Shown here: piece by piece, positions 30,031-40,399 of the stretch
Layout: each line of letters begins with the position of its first letter
How positions within the stretch are numbered: position 1 is the first letter of the stretch
Assembly (NCBI GenBank): GCA_050331735.1
Contig: JBHJGN010000001.1
Location: 1 to 64,000 of the forward strand
Direction: 5' to 3'
DNA length: 64,000 bases
From: Cyanophyceae cyanobacterium
GTDB taxonomy: Bacteria; Cyanobacteriota; Cyanobacteriia; Cyanobacteriales; JBHJGN01
Program-made: the position numbers and the translations under genes
Notes under the pieces: generated by a model
Seen by the model: the letters and a program-made list of their open reading frames with translations, nothing else
Databases searched by the model: none
What the model was told of the DNA's origin: nothing

Positions 30031-31237
30031 GCTCTTTTGAGGGCGGTACAATGCCAGATTGAGTCAGTCGGCGATTGATGTCTTGAAGAAGCTGAAAATC
30101 TTCTTCGGGTAGGGGATAGCAGTTGCTCCGAGACCCGATAGCGGGATACTTTTCCAAAAAGGAAAAAGCCCGGCGAAATTGCTGGGGGGTAGCGGCAACA
30201 GGCGCATCAAAGTGACAGGGAATAATCCGCTGAAAATTCCAGTTCGCTACTCGCTCCGCCCACTCCAGGGTTTCTTGAGGGGCACGGTTGAGAATAAGAG
30301 TCTGAAGTACTGGGGCGACAAACAGCCCGCCGTTTCCCTGGAGAGCCTCAAAAGACCACTGCCAGTTGTCTGCCCAGCGAAAGGGAAAGAGACCAAAGTA
30401 GTTCTTTGTGGAGCGATCTGAGGACTGGAGAGCATCGCGGAGGACTTGCCCCCATCCAGGAACCGTTAATTTGTGAGGTCGAAAGTACAGCGCAAAGAGA
30501 ACAATGCGCTGCCATCCTCGGCGACGATTTGTGTAGGTATCTGTGACCTTAGCAGCGCTATTCCGGGCGTGGAACAGGAGAGGGAATGGCTCGGACTGAA
30601 GCAGTGCCGGTGGGTGCTCGGGCACAGACACCACCGCATCAGTAACCAGGAGAGTGCGTGATCGCCGATGAAACAGCGCCACTTCCTCAAACTGACCTGG
30701 TCCCAAATAAATTGGCCCTAGCCTAGCGTAGTCAAATTCCTGGGCAAAGGGAGCGTCATTACTGTTGTCCGGCAGGACATGAGTGCGGTGGCGAGGAAAT
30801 CCCAGCCAACTTAGGGGCAAGTCCACCGGAAAACTCCACTGATGAGGAGCCACAAACACTTGAGCATCCGGAAAGCGGCGGGCAAATGGTCCCACAAATA
30901 CTTTATGTTCCAACCCCGAAATCGTGGGTAGAATAATGTACTTGACCTCCCCGTGTTCAGCCACTAACTCGTTAACGAGCTGAATGCACTCAGAAGTGGG
31001 CGCAACAGGAGCATACACCAGCAAACCTCCTGCATCGAGCTTCACGACCGTCATGCGCACCGAAACAATGACGTAAAAGATGCCTTGAAGTTGTTCAAAC
31101 GTCCAAATGGTGTCTTTGAGCACTGCCCGGCGAATCGTGCGCCGCTTGCCGTAGGGATAAATTGGTAAAGCAGGCCAATAGGGCCACGAACGGTCTCGGT
31201 CGGGCGATCGTTGTTGCTGAGGGGAGGTCAGAGTCAT
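29954..31237 (-). CDS. DUF4336 family protein
   Basis: LYPY-like N-terminus (IYPYGKRRT), RMTVVKL, LEHKVF, LLVTDAV, RIIPCHF. Confidence 0.8.
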   Translation of the reverse strand: MTLTSPQQQRSPDRDRSWPYWPALPIYPYGKRRTIRRAVLKDTIWTFEQLQGIFYVIVSVRMTVVKLDAGGLLVYAPVAPTSECIQLVNELVAEHGEVKYIILPTISGLEHKVFVGPFARRFPDAQVFVAPHQWSFPVDLPLSWLGFPRHRTHVLPDNSNDAPFAQEFDYARLGPIYLGPGQFEEVALFHRRSRTLLVTDAVVSVPEHPPALLQSEPFPLLFHARNSAAKVTDTYTNRRRGWQRIVLFALYFRPHKLTVPGWGQVLRDALQSSDRSTKNYFGLFPFRWADNWQWSFEALQGNGGLFVAPVLQTLILNRAPQETLEWAERVANWNFQRIIPCHFDAPVAATPQQFRRAFSFLEKYPAIGSRSNCYPLPEEDFQLLQDINRRLTQSGIVPPSKEQVAARRDKGKVAPQRERGKGKRGKE

Positions 31238-31557
31238 CGAGCAAGGGCAAGCTAGTGGATAGCGTTAAGTAAGCAACGGTTGTTGCCAGTCCCGCTTCTA
31301 GAAAGAGCGCTACTTTCTACTATATCGAGGAAGCAGAAGCGCGATCGCCTTCCCTACTGAAGAGCCTAATCGATTGGCAGTTGTTGAATCAACTCCGCTT
31401 CATGAATCACCAGTTGAGCGGTTTGCTTGGCGTTAATCGTTCGTGAGTCAACGTCTTTGTCTGTCGCGACTAACCACTAACTTTCTGTCAAATTAGATGT
31501 CATCATTGTGGCTGGTTAAGTGGTCAGGAAGACAATCAGCAACGAAAAGATAAAAAT

Positions 31558-32283
31558 TTAAGTAAGCTCTTCTAAATCCCCCGGAGCGGTGGTGTAAAGT
31601 TTAGTCGCCACTTCTAGACTGAGAATGCAGGTCAACAGCCATACGGTCCCTGCCGCATATCCAGCCGCAATGTCGGTAGGCCAATGAACCCCCAGGTAGA
31701 GACGACTGAGACCAATCGCAGCAATCAAGCAAACGATGGTCGTAATGGTGAGGCTGCGCCAGCGCCGATAGCGCGTTGCGACCCAATAGCCCACAAATCC
31801 ATAGACGACCAGAGAAATCATGGCGTGACCGCTAGGAAAGCTGTATTGCTTAACATCTACAATCCGCTCCCAAAGTGCAGGTCGCTGGCGAGCAAAAAAA
31901 TCTTTGAGCAAATAATTGAGGCCGACCCCTCCTCCTGTCGTAATTGTCAAGGCAGCGGCACTCACCCATTGCTGCTGCCACAGGAGCATAGCGCCAAAAG
32001 CGGCACTTAAAATGACCAACACCAGTGGCTCTCCTAGAAACGTTACGCCCAGCGCTATTTGATCGAGCAAAAGAGTATGATTTGCTCTCAGCGCCTGTAG
32101 AATTGCCGTATCAATTGCTTGAGTTTCTTGCCCGAGAACGTCATCGGCTAGTTCAACAAAGCTCCAGAGTGCTAAAACCGTTACGCCCAAACCACTAACA
32201 AAGACAACCGACAGGAGAGGCTCTAGCTTTGAGCTGATGTGATTGTTCCACCCCTGAATCAGCCACTGAATTAAATTACTCAT
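31558..32283 (-). CDS. PAP2 family phosphatase
   Basis: K..FARQRP, SFPSGH, SRLYLGVHWPTD. Confidence 0.92.
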   Translation of the reverse strand: MSNLIQWLIQGWNNHISSKLEPLLSVVFVSGLGVTVLALWSFVELADDVLGQETQAIDTAILQALRANHTLLLDQIALGVTFLGEPLVLVILSAAFGAMLLWQQQWVSAAALTITTGGGVGLNYLLKDFFARQRPALWERIVDVKQYSFPSGHAMISLVVYGFVGYWVATRYRRWRSLTITTIVCLIAAIGLSRLYLGVHWPTDIAAGYAAGTVWLLTCILSLEVATKLYTTAPGDLEELT

Positions 32284-32423
32284 TGCTAATGCGATCGCTA
32301 CGCCTACAATACGTCTTCAGTATAAGTAAGAATGATGGCTCTTCAGCGACAGCTAAGCACAAGCACTCTTCCTAGGATTAGCCAAACGCTACGCAACAGC
32401 GGCTCGCCAAAGTTTGCTCACCT

Positions 32424-32612
32424 TCAAAGCGTGAGGTTTTGTTTGATTAGATCTTTGATAACGTTGTCCTTAACCATCAATAACCGGGATGCCTTGAGCA
32501 GAAGAGAAACCGCCTGTTCCCGGCTCATCTCTTGAGCAGAGTCCTGAAATCGTCTTAGCTCAAATTCCTGTTCCAGGGTGAGATCCAAGTCTAAATAAGC
32601 AGAACTATCCAT
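32424..32612 (-). CDS. nblA: NblA/Ycf18 phycobilisome degradation protein (paralog 1)
   Basis: LTLEQEFEL...MSREQA..LL....RLLMVKDNVIK. Confidence 0.85.
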   Translation of the reverse strand: MDSSAYLDLDLTLEQEFELRRFQDSAQEMSREQAVSLLLKASRLLMVKDNVIKDLIKQNLTL

Positions 32613-32991
32613 TTTGCCTCTTTAATCATTCAAAAGGTGTGTTCGGGTCGCCCGTTTTAATGAGCTATAGGCAATTTTGACTAAGCTTAACCAACCGTCT
32701 TTTTGCCGTTGGTTTTATGCTATATTTCCTCAATTCATACGTGCTTCTGTCTAAGGGAATAACAAAAGCTTGTATTTATATTGGCTGATTTATGGCCGCT
32801 TCTATTAGTTGTTTTATGCGATAAAATATCAGCTCATTCTTTAGATAGATTTTCAAAAGATCGTTGGCTAATTAAAAGAAAATGCGTGTTCTAACTGAGG
32901 TATGCTCAGAATTTTCTCTGTTAGGTTGTGCTTAGGATTTTGGACATTCTGCTTTCAATTAGCAGAAAACTATCATTAAAAACTATTAGCC

Positions 32992-33873
32992 ATGAAACTA
33001 ACAACACTATTGAGTCTTTTGCCAGTAATTTATTTATGTTCCGCTGATTTAGCGAAGGCACAACCTAGTCCACCAACCCCTGTACCGTCACCCTCGGTTT
33101 CAGTGGCGGAAGATAGCCCGGTTACCCGTGAATCTGCCTACAACGAGTACATGCGCCTCGGCTATGCCGCCGCCAAACGAGAGGACTACCAATCGGCTGC
33201 TCGGTATTTTAGATCGGCCCTATTCTATCGACCTCAAGACAGAGATGCAACAATCGCCTACTGGAACGCGAAAGATGCTCTCCGTCAAAACCCAGGTGAG
33301 TCAGCTCGTTCTGACTATGATCGCTATATGGAAATTGGGTACGATGCGGTTGAGCAAGAAGATTATCAGACCGCGTTAATTAACTTTCGCAGAGCCTTAG
33401 AAGAACGACCCGATGACTATTACGCCACTCAAGCCGTCCGTAACGTTAACACCTATATTAATCGCGGGGAAGAAGAACCAGAAGCAAGTCCGACGGTATA
33501 TACCGGTGAATCTGCCTACGACCGCTATATGAGGCTCGGCTTTGCCGCCGCCAAGCGCGAAGATTACCGCAGGGCTGCTCGCTATTTTCGCAGCGCTTTG
33601 TACGAACGTCCCGACGACCGACAGGCAACCATTGCCTTTTGGAATGCTCAAGATGTCGTCAAAGAGGGAACCGAGAGTGCGACAGAGACAGAATCAGATT
33701 ACGATCGCTACATGAGAATTGGTTACGATGCCGCTGAACGAGAAAACTACCAAACGGCACTCATTAATTTTAGAAGAGCACTGCGAGAACGTCCCGATGA
33801 CTACTATGCGACTCAGGCGGTGCGCAACGTGCAAACCTATATTAACCGAGGCGAGGCCCGCTCGACGCCGTAA
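32992..33873 (+). CDS. Exported TPR-like repeat protein (ABAB repeats)
   Basis: Signal peptide, Pro-rich linker, four YxxYMxxG[YF]xA repeats. Confidence 0.8.
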   Translation: MKLTTLLSLLPVIYLCSADLAKAQPSPPTPVPSPSVSVAEDSPVTRESAYNEYMRLGYAAAKREDYQSAARYFRSALFYRPQDRDATIAYWNAKDALRQNPGESARSDYDRYMEIGYDAVEQEDYQTALINFRRALEERPDDYYATQAVRNVNTYINRGEEEPEASPTVYTGESAYDRYMRLGFAAAKREDYRRAARYFRSALYERPDDRQATIAFWNAQDVVKEGTESATETESDYDRYMRIGYDAAERENYQTALINFRRALRERPDDYYATQAVRNVQTYINRGEARSTP

Positions 33874-34265
33874 CAGCCTAGCTTCTCTCGACTGTTGTAA
33901 AGGCCATGCCAGTCAATATCTGAAGCTTGATCCGTCATTGGCAACACTGTGAGTGTGAGGCGCTCATGAGCAACGGGGGCGATCGCTACCATTGCTCGTG
34001 AGCGCTATGATTGTTGTACTGACACAATTAAACTTCGCCCGGTTAGCGAACGCGAACGGGTATCCATCGAACTCAGCTCCTCTGAAAGAGGCACTTCTTC
34101 CAGGTGCTGCTTTTAGACTGTTTAATCGCCCTAGAATAATGGCTGATCCCAGCTAAAAAGTTGACAATCGAGCAGCAATCGGAAAAACTGTGTCGTATTA
34201 TACTCAATATTAAAAATAATCAGCCCAAGATAAGAAGAAACTTAGCAGGAATGAATCAAGTATCA

Positions 34266-35318
34266 ATGCAGAAGTGGAATTCTTTACTGGTAGCCACTGT
34301 ACTCTTGGCCGCTCCATTGGCTGCCTGTGGGGGGGGAGACGTTGCCCAGGAAGGAGAAGGCGGTGGCAACGGTGGCGGTCTTCTCAGTACCGTCCAGGAC
34401 CGAGGCACCGTTGTCTGTGGAGTCAATGGTCAGTTGCCTGGGTTTAGCTTTGTCAATGAAAGCGGCGAGTATTCTGGGATGGATGTTGATATCTGTCGGG
34501 CCGTTGCCGCGGCTCTATTTGACGATCCCTCTCAGGTAGAATTCCGCAACCTGAGCGCTCAAGAGCGATTTACAGCCGTTCAGGCCGGAGAAGTCGATTT
34601 ACTCAGTCGCAATACCACCTGGACCATCAGCCGCGATACTTCAGTCGGAATGGAGTTTGCGCCCACAACTTTCTACGATGGTCAAGGAATGCTGGTGACT
34701 CGCTCCAGCGGTATTCAAGATTTAGCGGGACTGGAAGGCCAAGCGATTTGCGTTCAGTCGGGAACGACCACCGAACTGAACCTCGCCGACCAAATGCGCA
34801 AGCGCGGCATCAACTACGAGTCCGTGGTGTTTGATGACGAAGATGCCCTCTATGCGGCTTACGAACAGGGGCGCTGTCAAGCCGCCACCTCCGACCGTTC
34901 CCAGCTCATTGCTCGCAAAAACAACCTTCCTACTCCAGACGACCACATTATTCTGGATGCGGTTCTGTCTAAAGAACCTCTCGGTCCAACGGTAGCCGAC
35001 GGCGATAACCAATGGTCTGATGCAATCGAGTGGATTACCTATGCGCTGATTGAAGCCGAAGAATTGGGGATCAACTCAGAAAACATCGATAGCTTTCAAA
35101 ATAGCGAAGACCCCAATATCCGTCGCTTCTTAGGACTAGAAGGAAACTTAGGAGAAGATATGGGACTGCCCAACGATTTTGCGGCTCGCATCGTGCGTCA
35201 TGTGGGCAACTATGGTGAAGTCTACGAGCGCAACATTGGAGAACCCTTCGATTTAGAGCGAGGAGCAAATGCTCTTTGGACTAACGGAGGATTGCTCTAT
35301 TCGCCGCCTTTCCGCTAA
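34266..35318 (+). CDS. General L-amino-acid ABC substrate-binding lipoprotein (NatF/AapJ/BztA-like)
   Basis: Lipobox LAAC; LSRNTTWTISRD, FYDGQG, SKEPLGP, VGNYGEVYERN, LYSPPFR. Confidence 0.9.
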   Translation: MQKWNSLLVATVLLAAPLAACGGGDVAQEGEGGGNGGGLLSTVQDRGTVVCGVNGQLPGFSFVNESGEYSGMDVDICRAVAAALFDDPSQVEFRNLSAQERFTAVQAGEVDLLSRNTTWTISRDTSVGMEFAPTTFYDGQGMLVTRSSGIQDLAGLEGQAICVQSGTTTELNLADQMRKRGINYESVVFDDEDALYAAYEQGRCQAATSDRSQLIARKNNLPTPDDHIILDAVLSKEPLGPTVADGDNQWSDAIEWITYALIEAEELGINSENIDSFQNSEDPNIRRFLGLEGNLGEDMGLPNDFAARIVRHVGNYGEVYERNIGEPFDLERGANALWTNGGLLYSPPFR

Positions 35319-35504
35319 AAAGTCAGGGGTGAGAACATCGCAGCGGGATTGGTTCAGCTATTGGCTGTTAGCTCTTAGCAATGAGGAAACGCTCAGTTTG
35401 CCTATCCAGATAGCTCTAAGGTTTTTACGAATCGAGCAGCTAATTGCTAACGGCTCAAAGCTGTTAGTGAATTCTTCACGATTGGATGTCCTACGGGTTC
35501 AAAA

Positions 35505-36665
35505 ATGGCTCAAGAAAAAATTCCTTTTTGGCGAAACCAGCGCGTTCTGCAAATTGTTGGGCAGGCGATCGTTGTTCTGATTCTCATTGCTGTTGTAGCG
35601 GTGCTGGGCAGCAATTTGTCGCGCAACTTCCGGCAGCTAGGACTGAGTTTTGGATTTGGCTTTCTCGACCGCACCGCCTCCTTTGGCATTAGCGATACCG
35701 TCATTCCCTATCGCCCGACCGACCCTTATCTCCAGGCACTTCTAGTCGGGTTGCTCAATTCGCTGCGGGTGATGATTTTAGGCATTATCCTGGCTTCGGT
35801 GCTTGGCATCACCGTGGGGATTGGTCGGTTATCCGACAACTGGCTAGTTGAGCGGATTGCCACGGTTTATGTCGAAACCATTCGCAATACGCCACTCCTC
35901 CTTCAGCTATTCTTTTGGTATTTTGCCGTCTTTCTCAAGCTGCCATCGATCGATAATGCTGTCCGGTTTCCCGGTCCAATTTTCTTGACGCAGCGAGGTA
36001 TGGATATTCCCTGGTTTGCCGCAACGACTCAAACCTGGTTATCTATTGCCGTCATCATTGCCAGCGTTGTCCTAATTGGGTTTTTATGGCAGCGACGAAC
36101 AAGAGTGATGGTGCAGCAGGGGCAGTCAGGACAGACTCTTAAGCTAGCAATCATTGCCTTAGCCGTTGTTGCCGTTCTCGCGATTATTTTTGGGCTAGAT
36201 TGGTCTCAGCCCCAGCTTAATGCGAGTGCTAATACCATCGGTGGTGGACTCAACTTGTCCCCAGAGTTCGCCACCATTCTGTTTGGTTTGGTCATTTATA
36301 CAGCAGCTTTTATTGCCGAAGTCGTGCGGGCTGGAATTCAGTCGGTCAATCGCGGACAGTGGGAAGCGGCGAGGGCATTAGGGCTAAAATCGGGGTTAGT
36401 AATGCAGCTAGTGATCTTCCCGCAGGCTCTCCGGGTGATGATTCCGCCGCTGACGAGCGAGTATCTCAACTTGGCGAAAAACTCCAGCTTAGCGATCGCC
36501 GTCGGCTACGCTGATATTTACGCCGTTTCCAACACCACCTCTAACCAAACAGGTCGGTCTTTAGAGATGTTGCTGATTGTGATGTCGAGCTACCTGACCA
36601 TCAATCTTGTGATTGCCCTAATCATGAACGGGTTCAATCGCTCAGCACAGATGAAAGAAAGATAA
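35505..36665 (+). CDS. Amino-acid ABC permease (NatG/AapQ-like)
   Basis: IRNTPLLLQLFFWY, AFIAEVVRAGIQS, YLNLAKNSSLA. Confidence 0.9.
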   Translation: MAQEKIPFWRNQRVLQIVGQAIVVLILIAVVAVLGSNLSRNFRQLGLSFGFGFLDRTASFGISDTVIPYRPTDPYLQALLVGLLNSLRVMILGIILASVLGITVGIGRLSDNWLVERIATVYVETIRNTPLLLQLFFWYFAVFLKLPSIDNAVRFPGPIFLTQRGMDIPWFAATTQTWLSIAVIIASVVLIGFLWQRRTRVMVQQGQSGQTLKLAIIALAVVAVLAIIFGLDWSQPQLNASANTIGGGLNLSPEFATILFGLVIYTAAFIAEVVRAGIQSVNRGQWEAARALGLKSGLVMQLVIFPQALRVMIPPLTSEYLNLAKNSSLAIAVGYADIYAVSNTTSNQTGRSLEMLLIVMSSYLTINLVIALIMNGFNRSAQMKER

Positions 36666-36775
36666 ATCGAGGCCAATTCGGACGGCCCCTAATGCCTCCG
36701 CAAATGCTCCGCTAACGAAGGAACTGCGTTCATTCTCTCCTTTTCCCTTTGCCCCTTCCCCTTGCCCCTGCGACG

Positions 36776-37783
36776 CTAAGCGACTGCAACGGGGTCGCAC
36801 TTAGTTGTATTAGTCACAGTGTCTATGCAGTAACGATTGCGTCCTTGCTCTTTGGCTAAATACAGGAGGCGATCAGCAGCGGCGACCAAAGACTCAACCT
36901 CTGTCTGAGGAGCTGGAATTTGGCTACTGATTCCCATACTAAGAGTAACGTACTGATAGGCAGTGCGTTCGTGAGGAATCTTGAGCTGCTGAATCTGGCG
37001 CTGAATCAGCTTAGCAATGCGGATCGCTCCCGCGGGCTCTGTCTCTGGCAGAACGATGCCGAATTCTTCGCCTCCGTAACGAGCCAGCAGATCGGCGGGT
37101 CGTCTGAGAACTCCTCCGATGGCTTGAGCCACTCGCTTTAAACAGACATCTCCTGCCAAATGCCCATAGCAGTCGTTGTATTGCTTAAAGTAGTCGATAT
37201 CGCACATAATCAAGCTAACGGACATTTGTTTCCTCAGCATCCGTCGCCACTCCTGTTGAAGACACTGATCGAAGCGGCGGCGGTTAGCCACCTGAGTGAG
37301 GCTATCGATAATTGCCAGGCGCTGAAGCTCCTGATTTGCTTGTTCTAGCTCTGCTGCTTGTTCTACGACCTTTTGAGTTAATAATCGGAGCTTGAGATGA
37401 ACCTTAACTCTCGCAATGACTTCTTCTTGGTAGAACGGTTTAGTAATGTAGTCTACCGCTCCTAAAGATAGCCCTTTGACTTTGTTTTCTCCATCTGAAA
37501 GAGCTGTCATAAAAATGATCGGAACTTCTCGGGTAACAGCAAGGGCTTTAAGCCGACTACAGGTTTCAAAGCCGTCTATTCCCGGCATCTGAACGTCAAG
37601 TAAGATTAGCTCCGGTGGGTCTTCTTGAATTTGTTCAATAGCACTTTCCCCATCAACGGCGACTCGCACCTTCAACCCAGCATTTTTGAGGGCCTTAGAT
37701 AACACCGATAGATTCACAGGATTATCGTCAACGATGAGAAGATGACCAATATTAGCGAATGGCTCTGTCAGATAACGATTCAT
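36776..37783 (-). CDS. Response regulator-diguanylate cyclase (REC-GGEEF)
   Basis: IVDD, LLDVQMP, ITKPF; RPAD I-site and GGEEF. Confidence 0.93.
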   Translation of the reverse strand: MNRYLTEPFANIGHLLIVDDNPVNLSVLSKALKNAGLKVRVAVDGESAIEQIQEDPPELILLDVQMPGIDGFETCSRLKALAVTREVPIIFMTALSDGENKVKGLSLGAVDYITKPFYQEEVIARVKVHLKLRLLTQKVVEQAAELEQANQELQRLAIIDSLTQVANRRRFDQCLQQEWRRMLRKQMSVSLIMCDIDYFKQYNDCYGHLAGDVCLKRVAQAIGGVLRRPADLLARYGGEEFGIVLPETEPAGAIRIAKLIQRQIQQLKIPHERTAYQYVTLSMGISSQIPAPQTEVESLVAAADRLLYLAKEQGRNRYCIDTVTNTTKCDPVAVA

Positions 37784-38002
37784 GTTTCAGTTAAATTTGG
37801 AGAAGTCGTCAACAGCTTGAGTGAACATTGAGCTGGCTCAAAGCAGCCGGGGCATAGTGCAGACTCAGGTTCCGCACGTAAGACTGCCCCAAAGCCGGAG
37901 AAAGCTCCGGCGGAACATTGAGCAGTACAGGCTAATCACTGGTAGGCTACGGGTGTCGGTTGGTATCGCCACTTTAAGGAGCAGCCAGTGATTCTTCTCG
38001 CA

Positions 38003-38045
38003 GTATGCGAATATACATTTAAGAGCCGACGAGGAATCTTATAAT
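38003..38045 (+). promoter_or_regulatory. NtcA-activated-type promoter
   Basis: GTA-TGCGAATA-TAC (38003-38016), 23 nt, then TATAAT (38040-38045). Confidence 0.75.
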
Positions 38046-38230
38046 TTGCATCATAAAAATTAAAGAATAGACTTGTAATCAGTAAAATCGCGGTCTTTTG
38101 CTCTTCTCTGGGAAGAGAAGCGGCGGGGATCGCCTAGTCATCACAACCAGGAATTGATACTCAAAGCGCAGCTAGAACCTTTGCCAAATGATGCTTTGAG
38201 CCAGCTCAGTTTTAAGCTTGTTTATTGTCT

Positions 38231-39448
38231 ATGACTTCAACCAACATCTCGCAAGAACCAGCCCCCCTCGCCCGACAAACTAAACCGCTGGTTTGGCTTA
38301 AGAAAAATTTATTTAGTACCTGGTACAACAGTATTCTCACCGTTGTCAGTCTCTTGCTGATCTATTGGTTAGCAACGGGATTTGTTTCTTGGCTCTTAAC
38401 TGAAGCAGATTGGGGAGTTATTCAAGCGAATCTGCGTCTATTTTTTGTCGGTCGCTACCCGGCGGAGCTACTGTGGCGTACCTGGGCCACTCTGGGCTTG
38501 ATTGTGGCCCTAGGAGGATTTAGCTGGGGCGTTCTGGCGCGTTCGTCGCGGCTGTTCAATCGAACTAGCTTAATTGTATTAGCGATCGCCGCCGCCGTTA
38601 GCGTTGTCCTGGCCTTGCCCGTCAGTGCAGTAGCGACGCTACTGCTGCTGGGGATGCTGATACTGCTCGTTGTGGCCGCGGTCCTAGGACAACAAATTGC
38701 TCAGCGGGCAGAATCATTGGCCAACTGGCTGCCGCTGCTGTGGCTGCTGGCTTTTTTTGTCGGGCTGTGGCTGCTTCAGGGTGGGTTCTTCCTGCGGCGC
38801 GTCCGCCTCGACAACTTCAGCGGACTAATCCTGACGCTGCTGGTGGCGGTGGTCAGTATTGTGCTGTCGTTTCCGTTTGGGGTGCTGCTTGCCTTGGGGC
38901 GGCAAAGCCATCTCCCCGTGATTCGCTGGCTGTCGATTGCCTACATCGAAGTGATTCGGGGCTTGCCTCTAATTGGAATTCTGTTTATGGCTCAGGTGAT
39001 GCTGCCCCTGGTGCTGCCGGTGGGGGTGCGACCTGATCGGGTCGTGCGGGCGATCGCCGGATTTACCCTCTTTAGCGCAGCCTACCTAGCAGAAAACGTG
39101 CGGGGCGGCCTACAGTCGGTTCCGAGAGGTCAAGCCGAAGCCGCCAGAGCCTTGGGTCTTAATTCTCTGCTGGTCGTGGGCCTGATTGTGCTGCCCCAGG
39201 CGCTGAAGGCGGTTATTCCCACGATTGTCGGCCAGTTTATCAGTCTGTTTAAAGATACCTCCCTGCTGGCGATCGTCGGCTTGGTGGAGCTTCTCGGCAT
39301 CTCTCAATCGATTCTGTCTAACCCGAAGTTTATTGGCGAGTACGCAGAAGTGTATCTATTTGTCGCGTTAATCTATTGGCTCTGCTGCTATTCAATGGCT
39401 TTAGCGAGTAGAAGATTAGAAAAGCAGTTAAATGCTGGTCAGAGATGA
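38231..39448 (+). CDS. Amino-acid ABC permease (NatH/AapM-like)
   Basis: WLKKNLFSTW, IRGLPLIGILFM, AYLAENVRGGLQS, FKDTSL. Confidence 0.9.
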   Translation: MTSTNISQEPAPLARQTKPLVWLKKNLFSTWYNSILTVVSLLLIYWLATGFVSWLLTEADWGVIQANLRLFFVGRYPAELLWRTWATLGLIVALGGFSWGVLARSSRLFNRTSLIVLAIAAAVSVVLALPVSAVATLLLLGMLILLVVAAVLGQQIAQRAESLANWLPLLWLLAFFVGLWLLQGGFFLRRVRLDNFSGLILTLLVAVVSIVLSFPFGVLLALGRQSHLPVIRWLSIAYIEVIRGLPLIGILFMAQVMLPLVLPVGVRPDRVVRAIAGFTLFSAAYLAENVRGGLQSVPRGQAEAARALGLNSLLVVGLIVLPQALKAVIPTIVGQFISLFKDTSLLAIVGLVELLGISQSILSNPKFIGEYAEVYLFVALIYWLCCYSMALASRRLEKQLNAGQR

Positions 39449-39583
39449 AGCAAGCAGTAACGCTTGAGAAGCGTACTAGCGAGGCAGAGAGGTACAAGCT
39501 TATGCTTTTGTTGCAAAATCAACAGATTAGCCCGAATAAACCGAGATAATTGATCTATAATTTAGCGTTTTCAATTTTTTGAT

Positions 39584-40363
39584 ATGACCCGCTCCGATCT
39601 TGATACAGATATGGCTCAAGAAGCTTCCGTCAGCGACATTATCGTGGCCGATGATGTCCATAAGTGGTACGACAATGACTTTCACGTGCTGCGGGGAGTC
39701 AATCTGACCGTGAATAAGCAGGAAGTGGTCGTCATTATGGGGCCTTCTGGTTCGGGAAAATCGACTTTCATCCGCACGTTTAATGCTTTAGAGCCTTATC
39801 AAAAAGGCAAAATCGTCGTGGACGGCACTGAGCTGTCCCACGATTTAAAAAACATTGAAACAATTCGCCGGGAAGTGGGCATGGTGTTTCAGCAGTTTAA
39901 CTTGTTTCCCCATCTCAGCGTTCTCAAAAATGTGACGCTCGCGCCAATTTGGGTGCGTCGCTGGCCCAAGAAAAAAGCCGAAGAAGTGGCCATGCAGCTT
40001 CTCGAGCGAGTGGGAATTTTAGAACAGGCCCATAAGTATCCCGGGCAACTTTCTGGCGGGCAACAGCAGCGAGTGGCGATCGCCCGCGCCCTCGCCATGC
40101 AGCCCAAAGTCATGCTGTTTGACGAACCCACCTCCGCCCTCGATCCAGAAATGGTCAGAGAAGTGCTAGACACCATGCGCAGCTTAGCCAGTTCTGGCAT
40201 GACAATGGTTTGCGTCACCCACGAAGTCGGCTTCGCCCGGGAAGTAGCCGACCGCGTAGTGCTGATGGACGAAGGAACCATTGTCGAAATTGCCAAGCCA
40301 GAAGAATTTTTCAACAATCCCCAAGAAGAACGTTCCCAAAAGTTCCTCTCCCAAATTCTTTAG
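39584..40363 (+). CDS. Amino-acid ABC ATPase (AapP/GlnQ-like)
   Basis: [37 protein letters not shown]. Confidence 0.93.
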   Translation: MTRSDLDTDMAQEASVSDIIVADDVHKWYDNDFHVLRGVNLTVNKQEVVVIMGPSGSGKSTFIRTFNALEPYQKGKIVVDGTELSHDLKNIETIRREVGMVFQQFNLFPHLSVLKNVTLAPIWVRRWPKKKAEEVAMQLLERVGILEQAHKYPGQLSGGQQQRVAIARALAMQPKVMLFDEPTSALDPEMVREVLDTMRSLASSGMTMVCVTHEVGFAREVADRVVLMDEGTIVEIAKPEEFFNNPQEERSQKFLSQIL

Positions 40364-40399
40364 CCCTGACAGAAGTTGGCAGTCAGCAATTCGCTCATT

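Noticed and set aside
34190..34203. GTG-N8-TAC possible NtcA site upstream of the amino-acid binding protein gene
   Set aside because: Non-consensus and no -10 box at the 22-23 nt spacing; too weak to call.
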